Shown here: one piece after another, positions 12,224 through 23,176 of the stretch
How the letters are laid out: each line of letters begins with the position of its first letter
Numbering within the stretch: position 1 is the first letter of the stretch
Assembly: GCF_006345805.1 (NCBI RefSeq)
Contig: NW_021832922.1
Location: 1 to 29,248 of the forward strand
Length of the DNA: 29,248 bases
Source: Octopus sinensis
Lineage: Eukaryota
Direction of reading: 5' to 3'
Program-made: the position numbers and the translations under genes
Notes under the pieces: generated by a model
The model's input: the letters and a program-made list of their open reading frames with translations, nothing else
What the model was told of the DNA's origin: nothing
Databases searched by the model: none

Positions 12224-13261
12224 AATTTTGGTGTATCGATGCAACATATTTTTCTGTGCTTCTGCGTGTTAGTATTTTTCTGGCTTTTTCTGTGTGTTAA
12301 CATTTTTACATAATTTTCATTTCATATATTTTGGAGGCTCATTGACTCAGATAGCTGGATTTATGATTTCACAAAGTTGATTCTATTCATAAAAATTTAA
12401 ATTAGGAGTATTTCTTAAACCGTTAGCTTCACATTTCAACAGCTTAACTGAAATTTAGCCCACGTAACAGGAACTGAGAGGAATATTGTGGAATAATGAA
12501 ACTGTGGGTGGTACAGATAATTTGATATCATTTTTGAATTTTGCATACAAAAACATATAAGATACAGGTATTCTTTTCCTTGGGACAAAATTTTTGTTGA
12601 CCAGTGTTATTCTTATTGTAGTTTACAAATCCAAGCAGGGAAACGTTACTCAACTTTGGAGTTCTGGAGACAGACACCCCCCTTCACATACACACACACA
12701 TGTATACATGTACATATAGACATATATGAATACATACGTCTACATGCACTTATATATTAATGATATACAAAAAATACATGGCATGTATACATAATACTGA
12801 AATACGCATAAAGTAAACACATTCAGACAAATATATTAATGTAACAAATTTAAAAAATAATAAAAACATACAATCAATGAAGAGGCGAAAAAAAGCAGTT
12901 AGATGATATATGCTGATTTTATTACGTATATATTAAGAAACCTACTATAAATTTCACACGGTACAACCTTAAAGTTGACACCGCTCTGCTAAACGCCGAA
13001 AATTTCTTTCTCGCTATTGGCTAAAAATATAGTTTTTCCGGTCTTTAAATCTCTGTAACTTTTTTCTCCAAATTTTTTTTTTTTCAGAAACTTCACACCT
13101 TCATAGCAATGAGACTGGAAGACTACATTATTATAGCCGATTTTCAGATGTTTTACTTCTTTTTAAAAAATACATATTTTGCAAATGAAAAAAAAAAAAA
13201 ACTAGATCCGAATCATGTAGTATAAGATCAGCAGTCCCTAAACGTTTTGCCAAGAGGGAAA

Positions 13262-13398
13262 ATTAACGGAGTTGTTTGTGTGTCGGATAAAATGCCTCGT
13301 GGTTAGAAATCCGATGCTCTCCGCTCTGAGTTTAAATCCGCCGGGGTCAGTGTTGCTTTTTATCTTTTCGAAGTCGATAGTGTACCAGTACTGGGATC
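13262..13398 (+). mobile_element. SINE family B, diverged fragment
   Basis: ctctgagtttaaatccgccggggtc..gctttttatcttttcgaagtcgata..gtaccagtactggg. Confidence 0.65.
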
Positions 13399-13489
13399 TT
13401 TTCTCTATCTTTCTCTCCTTCCGAAAGAACCCGGCGAGGGAGGGATGGCATCCACTACGTTTAAAATGTCGAAAAACACGATATTTGTC

Positions 13490-13712
13490 ACGACACTGCT
13501 CTTACGGAAACTGTGTGGAAACTCGCTGTGTGTGTGTATATCTTTTTCCCTTTGTTTTTCCACCACATGACAACCGGTGTTGATTTGCTTACATGCACGT
13601 AACTTAGCCATTCGGCAAAAGAAACCGATAGACTTTAAAACTTTTCAAAACCTTTCATTGCCGTACGCCAGCATGGCCGCAGTCCAATGACTGAAGCAGA
13701 TTAAAAAAAGAA
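13490..13712 (+). mobile_element. Element with family A 3' half and a different 5' part
   Basis: gacaaccggtgttg..gtaacttagc..ttcggcaaaaga..ccagcatggccgcagtccaatgactgaa; the 5' gacactgctctt..gtggaaac segment recurs at 10612-10645. Confidence 0.7.
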
Positions 13713-13800
13713 GAAGAGGAAACAATAACGCTACGCATTTATTTTAACCGACGCGATAACTATTCGCCCAGCTGAGCGCCTTTGTCTTTATTACTTATAA

Positions 13801-14226
13801 CCCTTTCTATTATAGGCACAAGGCCTGAAATTTGGGGATAGCCGATTACATCGATTCCAGTACTCAACTGGTAATTAATTTATCGACCCCGAAAGGATGA
13901 AAGATAAAGTCGACCTCGGCGGAATTTGAACTCAGAACGTAAAGATGGACGAAATACCGCTTAGCATCTCCTCCAGCGTGCAAACGATACTTATTTCTTT
14001 ATTGCCCACAAGTGGCTAAACACAAAGGAGACAAACAAGGACAGACAAAGGGATTAGGTCGATTACTTCGACCCCAGTGCGTAACTGGTACTTAATTTGT
14101 CGAACCCGAAAGGATAGAAGGCAAAGCCGACCTCGGCGGAATTTGAACTCAGAACGTAAAGATGGACGAAATACCGCTAAGTAACTCCTCCAGTGTGCTT
14201 ACGATTCTGCCAGCTCGTCGCCTTTG
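13801..14226 (-). mobile_element. Dimeric SINE family B with 12-bp TSD
   Basis: Two collinear monomers; tattacttataa at 13789-13800 and 14227-14238. Confidence 0.88.
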
Positions 14227-14549
14227 TATTACTTATAATAACATAAAATATAACATACAGGGCGCTTCCTAAGAAACATCAACTGTGTCGATCTCAACAC
14301 TTTCCCTCCAAACCAAAATATTAAAAAGAAAAACGTAAACAACAAACTGTTTCTTTAAGAGCCAATGCGGTCGTTTGATTGGTTCAGACAATTGACACTT
14401 AAACGCAACCAATAACCTTCCTTCTTGATATTTCACCAGTTAATGGAATAAAGTGCCATAGAAAGGCAGACAGCTTTTTTAGTCTTTGGTATCAAATTAC
14501 TTCTGGGTTCGGGTCAAGAGTTAATCCATTTGTACATCGCTTTTATTGT

Positions 14550-14770
14550 CTGTTACTGTTCAGCCCCAGGCCATACCTGATCGAGCAGAGCAAAGGAAAT
14601 GTGATATTGTAAGCGCATTCCGACTATGACCTTCCTGTCTTTTTCCTGTGTTAAGAAAACACAAGATCACATTTTGTGGGATATTTTCCTTTACTGAGAC
14701 GGTAGTGTATGATTTCAAGAAGGTTTGGCTGCTCTCTCTAGCAATTCGAGCGCTCACATACGGACTCCAC
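14550..14770 (-). mobile_element. Old dispersed repeat family E (most complete copy)
   Basis: Core similar to tgctagaaatagcagccaaa and a 3' gctcgatcagg..cctggggctRaaca motif. Partial copies near 3935, 8953, 11330, 11860, 19185, 20382, 21330 and 24020. Confidence 0.65.
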
Positions 14771-14909
14771 TGTTGGTTCGTAGTCGTCTTCGAAATTGAA
14801 AGAAACGCAGAAAACATTTGACAGGCGTCAGTCTTCAAGACCATTAATGAAATTCTTGTATTTACATTTTCATGGCATTTATTTACTTTTTGTTTATTTA
14901 TTTGTCCAC

Positions 14910-14965
<56 letters not shown>

Positions 14966-15122
14966 TTACCTGTCCTTCTATCTGTCTGTCTAACTATCTA
15001 TCTATTTATCTACCTTTCTATCTGTGTGTCTGTCAGTTTCTATCTATCTATCTATCTATCTATCTATATATATAAATATATATATATATGTCTGTCATTC
15101 GATCTGTCTATCGCACGCTGTA

Positions 15123-15192
<70 letters not shown>
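14910..15192. repeat. (CTAT)n compound microsatellite
   Basis: Direct observation. Confidence 0.93.
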
Positions 15193-15196
<4 letters not shown>

Positions 15197-15519
15197 TAGT
15201 CAGACTGTCTGTCAAACTACCTATCGATATATCTGTCAACATACTCCAAAACTTTTTAAACTAATGAAAAACGTCGCTCTCCATTCGTTTCCCTTTTCTG
15301 CAAGGTCGCCTCAAGAGTCGAGACCAATATTACAACGCTTGAAGTTATCCTTAAAGCTTAGCGTTATAACGTAAGAAGGGATGACCTACAGGGCGCTTGC
15401 TGTTGCAAAGCTGACCATTGAACAGTTATTTGGGGACTCCATTAGAAAAGCTTCGATACCAGTAATGTTGCACATACACGCACACGTACGTACTTACACA
15501 TACACACGTTCGTACATAT

Positions 15520-15790
15520 ACTCTTTTACTCTTTTACTTGTTTCAGTCATTTGATTAAGGCCATGCTGGAGCACCGTCTTTAGTCGAGCAAATCGCTCCC
15601 AGGACTTCTTCTCTGTAAACCTAGTACTTATTCTATCGGTCTCTTTTGCCGAACCGCTATTGTTACGAGGGCGTAAACACACCAACATCGGTTGTCGAGC
15701 GATGTTGGAGGGGGGACAAACACAGACACACAAAAATATACATACACGCACACACATACACATATATATATTTACATACATACATGCATA

Positions 15791-15821
<31 letters not shown>

Positions 15822-15822
15822 C

Positions 15823-15878
<56 letters not shown>

Positions 15879-16052
15879 CACACACATGTATACGACAGAC
15901 TTCTTTCAGTTTCCGTCAACCAAATCCACTCACAAGACTTTGGTCGGCCCAAGGCTATAGTAGAAGACACTTGCCCAAGGTGCCACGCAGTGGGACTGAA
16001 CCCGGAACCATGTGGATCGTAAACAAGCTACTTACCACACAGCCACTCCTGC
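15520..16052 (-). mobile_element. tRNA-derived SINE family A, full length, expanded internal microsatellite
   Basis: Highly similar to 339-764; (ctctttta)n tail at 15520-15537. Confidence 0.92.
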
Positions 16053-16384
16053 ACCTCTAATAAACGTATATATATATTAACAAATATACACACATACGCA
16101 CATACAAAAATTGTGAACATACAATACACACACACATAAATATGTATGCAAAGATTACACACACATATGCATACATACATGCATGCATGTATACATACAT
16201 ACATACATACATACATACATACATACATAGACACAAAGGAAAAACAATGCAAAATTCATAAGGGAATACATGAAGGCATGCATTAGTACAGGGGATGGCC
16301 CAGAGGATGATAAGAAAACCACAGAAACAAGGGCGAGAAGTAAATGAAAAGAAGAAGAAAGACTTCGCGAAGAATATTTGTTTA

Positions 16385-16667
16385 TCTGTAAGTTACTTCA
16401 GTCTTTGGACTGCGGCCATGTTGGGGCAACGCCTTGAAAGTTATATATTCGAATAATCGACAAAATTACTTTTTTTCTTTTGTCTTTTTAAGTCTGCTAC
16501 TCATTCTGTCGGTATCTTTTACCGAACTGCTAGTTTGTTGGGATGTAAACAAAGCAACACCGATTGCCAGACGGAGGTTGGGGTGCTAACACAAACACGC
16601 ACACACGTATATATATATATATATATTATATATACGTACGTGTACATGTGTGTGTGTGTGTGTGTGT

Positions 16668-16716
<49 letters not shown>

Positions 16717-16882
16717 CTGTCTACTTCTATCTATACGGCGGCTTCCCCACGGTTTCCGTCAACGAAATCCTCCCACTTATCATTGGTCGACTCAGAGCAA
16801 TAACGGGCCGCACGATGGGTCTGAACCCGAAAAGACGTGGTTGGTGCAAAGCAAGCCTTCTGTGCACACAACCATGCGTGCG
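16385..16882 (-). mobile_element. SINE family A, diverged
   Basis: actgcggccatgttgggg..gtttccgtcaacgaaatcc..ctgaacccg..gtggttgg. Confidence 0.75.
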
Positions 16883-17067
16883 CATGTGAATGACTAAAAG
16901 GGAGTATATGTAGAAAAGTAAGAGAGAAATTAATGTAGACATACTCTTGGAAGGAAAATAATTAAGCAAGAAGGGGCTGTACATAATGAGCTGAAATTTA
17001 CTGGAAGCAAAATATAATAGAATGCATGATGGGTTGTGCAACTGAGGGGCCGAGGGAGGGCAGTGGA

Positions 17068-17114
<47 letters not shown>

Positions 17115-17569
17115 ATGAGTGAGAGAAGCAGAGACAGACAGACAGACTGTGATTCCTAATATGGAGTATAACACCCCACCGGTGGGGCCTAAGAAAATTG
17201 TAGTTGGGCGAGGAATCCAATTTTTCTTCTTTTTTGTTTATAGGACATGGAATTGTGATATCTTTTTTTCTTTGTCAGTAATGTACATTTTTTGTACTCA
17301 ATGCTTAATATAAGAGTTACCGGTAGATTCTTTTGTATTCAAAATTGTGATGAAATATTAAAAATAAAGTTTTGTTTTCTTCCAATCGCAGGTGGGACAT
17401 ACATTTTTCTGGCAAGTTATAGTGGAGCTAGCGGGGAAAATAGGTTGGGAAGCACTGCGTTTTGAATTCAAAATTAAAGAAATTAACAGTGACAAATTGT
17501 TTAGTGTAAAGGATTCGATATAAGCTAAATTTATTAACTGATTGCATCAGACTCTGTGTGTGTGTGTGC

Positions 17570-17623
<54 letters not shown>

Positions 17624-17771
17624 GAGAGAGTGAGTGAGTGTGCATGTGTGTGTGTGAGTGAGTGTGTGTGTGTGTGTGTGAGTGAGTGAGTGAGTGTGTA
17701 TGTGTCTGAGTGAGTGCGTACGTATGTGAATGAGTGAGTGAGTGTGTGTGTGTGTGTGTGTGTGTGCGTAA

Positions 17772-17990
17772 AGGCGTGTGGCCTAGTGGTAAAGTGTTGC
17801 ACTCACCATCGTTAGATGGTGGTTTCAATTCCCCAATCGAGCAGTCTGTTGTATTCTTGAGCAAAACTCATTTCACGTCGCTTCAGTCTACTTAACTATC
17901 TATAAGTGCAATGGACCGGTGTCCCGTTTAGGGCAAAGTGTTGCGATGTATATCACTTGTGCGCCATGGAAACCGAGTAACCAGACGTAT
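17772..17990 (+). mobile_element. SINE family C, diverged
   Basis: ggcgtgtggcctagtggtaaag..ggtttcaattcc..ttcttgagcaaaac..gcaatggaccggtgtcccgt. Confidence 0.75.
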
Positions 17991-18623
17991 CTGTCCGAGG
18001 ACTCAAGACAGCAATGTCCCAAGGTTACCTTTTCCTTACCCAAATTCGTACGTATGCTTGTGTCTGTATATGTATGCGTGTGGGTGTGTGGCTGGAGATT
18101 CAAAATAAAAAAATTAATTATTCAAGGAAAAGTACCCGTGGGATAGTTATGACATGATGTAAACGATTACTAAAGCATGTGATATACAAAAACATGGTGC
18201 TTTACAAAAGAAATAATACTAACTGTTACCTGTAAAAATAAGTTTCTAAAGTATCGGGTTACTAGTAAATGCACAGGGGAATCAGTACCAGAAGGTTTAC
18301 AGAGAAAATAAAGTTGAAATAAGTGAAGGAGCTACAGGAATAGGAACAGTTTCATTGCCTTAATTAGTATACTGAAATATACAGTTATCTTACATGTATA
18401 TACAAGGGCATATCGAAAAAAATATAGGAGGATCAGTTAATTATGATTTTACGTATTTAACACTTGCCGTCGCCGATCCACATACCTATTGCAGCGGTCC
18501 TTCAGTTTTTGTAAGCCCTGTAAAAAAAACTCAGAAGTTATAGATTGGGCTTCCAACAAGGCCTTTCGCGACACTCTTAAAACCAGGAACTGTTTAGTAC
18601 TCTTCGTATACACTTACACGCAT

Positions 18624-18685
<62 letters not shown>

Positions 18686-18732
18686 TTGTATATGTGTTTA
18701 GTTATTTACTGTTATTATTATTTGACAAATGT

Positions 18733-19043
18733 GTTCAAATTTCGCCGAGGTCGACTTTGCCTTTCATCCTTTCGGGGTTGATAAAACAAGTACCAGATGT
18801 AATCGACTCATCTCCTCCCCCAAAATGGTTGCCCTTGTGGCAAAATTTGAAACCATTAAAAGACAAATCTAACGCGGCGAGCTGGCATAATCGTTTGTAC
18901 GCCGGACAAAACTGTTTAGCACTATTTCTTCCGGCTTTACGTTCTGAGTTCAAATTCCGCCAAAATCAACTTTCGGAGTCGATGAAATAAGTACCATCTG
19001 AGCACTATTTCGGGCCTTGTGCCTTTAGTAGAAAGGGTTATTA
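18733..19043 (+). mobile_element. Two tandem SINE family B copies
   Basis: A 5'-truncated copy at 18733-18860 and an internally deleted copy at 18872-19043, delimited by three gacaaatSt motifs. Confidence 0.85.
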
Positions 19044-19396
19044 GACAAATGTATTTTGAGTATAGAACGTACTTTAAGAATCGGAGCACTTACAAGTAGA
19101 GAATTTCAGGTAGAGCTCTTCGTGCCTTGGTTGGCAACTCATCCAGTGGCGGTACCAAATAGTCTGATATACAAGTCAATGAGAGACTCACTATGTGGCC
19201 AGTCGATATGATAGATTTAGCAAACCTACCTCAAATCCAACTCTGTTTTCATTAACAAAAATCGAGGCGGTCTCAACTGGAACGCTATTGAACATAGATC
19301 TAACAATACAGTTATATATTTAAGACATGAGAAATTATTTACATTATTTATTTTATTTACATTTGACAGATATTTGTCCTCATCTTGTTTGTTGAT

Positions 19397-19442
19397 AACA
19401 CAACGTTTCGGCTGATATACCCTCCAGACTTCATCAGGTGCC
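19397..19442 (-). ncRNA. Minimal type I hammerhead ribozyme motif (one stem II mismatch)
   Basis: Reverse complement GGCAC-CUGAUGA-A-GUCUG-loop-CAGCC-GAAA-CGUU-GUGUU. Confidence 0.65.
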
Positions 19443-19444
19443 CA

Positions 19445-19520
19445 CGTACATATGGTATAGTGGTTAAGAGTACGGGCTACTAACCCCAAGATTCCGAGTT
19501 CGATTCCAGGCAGTGACCTG
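19445..19520 (+). promoter_or_regulatory. tRNA-derived Pol III internal promoter (not a functional tRNA)
   Basis: A box tggtatagtgg 19453-19463, B box gagttcgattcc 19496-19507, partial anticodon arm ggg-ctactaa-ccc; no good acceptor stem. Confidence 0.8.
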
Positions 19521-19529
19521 AATAATAAC

Positions 19530-19588
<59 letters not shown>

Positions 19589-19827
19589 TAAGCTGTTACT
19601 GCCCATGTATTTTAATTTAACCTTAAAAAAAAAAATGAACGAACTATTGAGTTTGGTTTAATGGCCTACCAATGTATACTATGAGTTTCTTTACCCTAAG
19701 AGTCGGGAAGACGCTCGGCAAGAAGTGGAAGCAAATTTGAAAAAAGAAGAAAAAAAAAATAATAATAATAATAATAATGATGATGATGATGAAGATGATG
19801 ATGATGATAATGATGATAGTAATAATA

Positions 19828-19870
<43 letters not shown>

Positions 19871-19920
19871 TACATCGAAAATACCTTATGAATGAGAACC
19901 CAGGTTCGAAATTTTCCCAA

Positions 19921-19966
19921 GACACCTGAAGAAGGCTGGAGGGTATATCAGCCGAAACGTTGTGTT
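19921..19966 (+). ncRNA. Minimal type I hammerhead ribozyme motif
   Basis: GACAC-CUGAAGA-A-GGCUG-(10 nt)-CAGCC-GAAA-CGUU-GUGUU; stem I GACAC/GUGUU, stem II GGCUG/CAGCC, palindromic ACGU in place of stem III. Confidence 0.78.
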
Positions 19967-20136
19967 AACAACAAACATGATGAGGACAAATATCCGTCAA
20001 ATGTAAATAATGTAAATAATAGATCTAGTACTCAGGGCAGAGCTTGGTCTAAACAACGTCATCACCCTCTTCAACTCACCATGAAACCAATAATTAACTA
20101 TTATCGACATTCTGATCACCACTTGACCAATAATAT

Positions 20137-20345
20137 CCTTTCTAGTAAAGGCACAAGGCCTGAAACTTTGCGGGAGGAGGTAAGTCGATCACATCGACCA
20201 CAGTACTCAACTGGTACTTATTTTATCGACCCCTAAAGGATAAAAGGCAAATTCGACCTCGACTGAATTTGAACTCAGATTCTGAACACTGACAAAATGC
20301 CACTAAGAGTTTTGCCCAGCATGCTAACGATTCTGCCAGCCGACG
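20137..20345 (-). mobile_element. SINE family B with probable 13-bp TSD
   Basis: tgaccaataRtat at 20124-20136 and 20358-20370; body collinear with 13801-13990. Confidence 0.85.
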
Positions 20346-20713
20346 CTTTCTCCTAACTGACCAATAGTATTAACAACAAAGGAATCTCCATTTGGTCGCT
20401 CGATCAGCTAGAGATGGCAGTCAAAATCTTCTCATAGGGATCTAGTCTGTTTCAGTCTCAAAATCAGCACCCTTTAATTTGCTCAGATTGTTTTCAAAGT
20501 TGGTGTATCGATGCAGATCAACTACGCTCAACTAATTATCTCTTTGATGTTATTTGGAATTAAAGTTTGGAAAATTTGGGTAATTTTAGCCAAGATATTT
20601 TTTCCACGTGTTCATGGCTTCAGAGGAATAAGCGTGGAAAACTGCATCAATATATTAGGAAATTACCATTTGTAAATCTCTCAACGAAAGATATTCAGCA
20701 ACAGTACTCTAGA

Positions 20714-20954
20714 GTAAAGATAACCTGCCAACATAACATGACAGTCCTTGTTTAGGACGAATGTTGCTGTAGTTTAGCCCCAGGAGACATCGTCTCCAGC
20801 TCGCTATACGACACGATCTGTGTCCTAGTTCGAAAAATATAAGGACACAGATCGTGTCGTATAACCAGCTGGAGACGATGTCACCTGGGGCTAAATTACA
20901 GCAACATTCGTACTAAACAAGGACTGCCATGTTATGTTGGCAGGTGATCTTTAC
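20714..20954. mobile_element. Near-perfect fold-back (113-bp arms, 15-nt spacer), MITE-like
   Basis: 20714-20826 against the reverse complement of 20842-20954 shows 7 mismatches and no indels. Confidence 0.9.
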
Positions 20955-21069
20955 GGCATCAATATAATCAATTTTCAGATTTTTTACTACCTTTTAAAAA
21001 ATGCAGATTTTGTGACTAAAACATACTAGATCCCCTCATGGGCACAGAAGTTTAGAAACAGTGTCTATG

Positions 21070-21288
21070 ACTCACAGAGCCGGTTACCTGGTTTCCATGA
21101 CATACAACCATCGAGGACAAAACGCCAGTCCAGTTCATCGTAGGGTTGCTCATTTATGACTGAGTGGACTGGGCTAACGTGAAATGAGGTGTTTCACCCA
21201 AGACCCAAAACGCTGTCCTGTCCGGGTATTGAAACTACGATCTAACGATCGTGATGCAACACCTTACCGACTTGGCCACACGCCTTCA
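21070..21288 (-). mobile_element. SINE family C, diverged
   Basis: acgccagtcca..ctgagtggactgg..aacgtgaaatgaggtgttt collinear with 10930-11155. Confidence 0.75.
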
Positions 21289-21510
21289 CACTCCTCACTG
21301 AAGGAAACTAATTATTAACCATAACATTTAAAAGACGGGATGGTGTGATGTTGATCAATAGGTCTACTCGATCTTGGTCTTGTCATTCTTGACTCGACCG
21401 AGGCCCAAGAATTCTTGACCGCAACATTAGACTGACCAGAGGCAAAACAGCAGTAACTAAAATCTCACTTGCTCTTGTCTTGATTCCCATCACAATCTTA
21501 TCTCCAGCAT

Positions 21511-21519
21511 CCCACCACC

Positions 21520-21551
<32 letters not shown>

Positions 21552-21651
21552 CAACAACAACACTGCCACCACCACCGCCATCACCAAAACTAACAGCATC
21601 ACCAAAATCATTACCACCACTACCACCACCACCAACAACAACACCAACACC
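21511..21651. repeat. (CAC)n/(CAA)n trinucleotide tract
   Basis: Direct observation. Confidence 0.9.
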
Positions 21652-22069
21652 CGCATTAGAAGCAACAAGAGGAACGGAAGTTTAACCATTCCCGACGAAA
21701 TAAATTAATGTCAGTGGAATAAAAAAAAACAACTTAAACACACGATAAAAACTAGAACAACAATAACACGTGCGAAAAGGACAGGAGAAATATTTTATGG
21801 AAATCAGAGGAAAGAGGTTCGTATAGTGAAATATGTAGGTAATTTAAGGGTCCAATGCTAAGTAAGGTCATTTACTGTTCCTTAGGAGACAGGAGACAGA
21901 GGTGACAGGCCGATGTCAAAAAGAATTTCTAGGAGTAGATTGCATTCAGCGCCCCCTATCAGGATTCACATGTTGATGAACTGGTTAAGAAATGTTTTGT
22001 GTATTCGATATCATGTTTTAGAAATAGGGAAGAATGTTTCAATCGTGGTTATATCTATGCATGTATGTA

Positions 22070-22490
22070 TATGCGCGCGCGGTGTGTGTGTGTATGTGCA
22101 TGTGTATGTGTGTTTGTGTGTGTGTGTATGGGTGTCTATGTGTGTGTGTATTTGTGTGTGTGGTGTGCGTGTGTGTTTGTGCGTGCGTGTGTGTGCGTGT
22201 GCGTGTGCGTGTGTGTGAGTGTGTGTTTGTGCGTGCATGTGTGCGCGCGCGCGAGTATCTGTACGGGTGTGTGTGTGTGAGTGTGTGTTTGTGCGTGCAT
22301 GTGTGTGTGTGTGTGCGCGCGTATGTGTATGGGTGTGTATGCGTGTGTGTGTGTGTGAGTGTAGGTATGTGTGTCTGCGCGCGCGAGTGTGTATCTGTGT
22401 GTGTATGCGTGTGTGTGTGTGTGTGTGTGCATGCGTGTGTGCGTATGTGTGTATGAGTGTGTATTTGAGAGAGAGAGAGAGAGAGAGGAA
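22070..22490. repeat. Degenerate (TG)n tract followed by (GA)n
   Basis: Direct observation. Confidence 0.93.
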
Positions 22491-22901
22491 GGGAAAGTGA
22501 GAGAGACAGACAGACAGAGACAGAAACAGAGGGATGGGCAGAGACAGACAATGAGAGTGGCCAGTAAGGCGCCTGTAGTTCTCCCACCTGTCTGTTGTGT
22601 CCCTGCAACATTGCTGTTCACGCTATGAATGAATGATCCACATTCGTGGTCACGGCATATTTAGGGTGTAACTCAGTTTCGCACCTCTCCTTGAAAAACG
22701 CATTTTTTGAAAAACACTTTTCAGATCCCTACGTTTTAGAAGTCGAGATTACGAATATGCAAAGAAAAAAAAAAGAAAAATCTTTTTTATCCACCCACCC
22801 ACCCCACTTAAAATTTCGAACTTTTTCGAAATTTTTTCTTCTCAATGTTTTAGACGGAAATTCCAAATATACGTTTCCAAAATTTTAAATTCAATAAGCA
22901 T

Positions 22902-23051
22902 ATTATTTACATTATTTACAATTGACGAATATTTGTCCTCATCTTCTTTGTTGTTAACACAACGTTTCGGCTGATATACCCTCCAGCCTTCATCAGGTGT
23001 CTTGGGGAAATTTCGAACCTGGGTTCTCATTCATAAGGTATTTTCGATGTA

Positions 23052-23096
<45 letters not shown>
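22902..23096 (-). mobile_element. Family D, 5'-truncated (AAT linker plus 3' module)
   Basis: Near-identical to the reverse complement of 19860-20020. Confidence 0.88.
22956..23001 (-). ncRNA. Minimal type I hammerhead ribozyme motif with canonical CUGAUGA core
   Basis: Reverse complement GACAC-CUGAUGA-A-GGCUG-GAGGGUAUAU-CAGCC-GAAA-CGUU-GUGUU. Confidence 0.8.
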
Positions 23097-23176
23097 GTTT
23101 GCTCGACTAAAGGCAGTGCTCCAGCATGGCCGCAGTCAAAGCCTGAAACAGATAAAAGAATAAAAGAATAAAAGAA
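23097..23176 (+). mobile_element. SINE family A, 3' fragment
   Basis: tttgctcgactaaaggcagtgctccagcatggccgcagtcaaa followed by (TAAAAGAA)n. Confidence 0.85.

Larger units (their letters stand above)
19307..20018 (+). mobile_element. Family D: tRNA-headed, hammerhead-containing Penelope-like SINE with inverted 3'-end copy
   Basis: Inverted 3' module 19307-19440, tRNA-like head 19445-19520, (AAT)n, direct 3' module 19872-20018; TSD atagatcta at 19294-19302 and 20019-20027. Confidence 0.85.

Noticed and set aside
12960-13230. Possible DNA-transposon remnant (similar blocks at about 22630-22890 and 24090-24440)
   Set aside because: No terminal inverted repeats or second copy identifiable by eye
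15304-15470. Possible + strand exon after cccttttctgcaag
   Set aside because: Short frames, no recognisable protein and no supporting neighbouring exons
19445-19520. Functional tRNA gene
   Set aside because: No acceptor stem, imperfect T and anticodon stems, and it is embedded in a repeat, so it is treated as a SINE head
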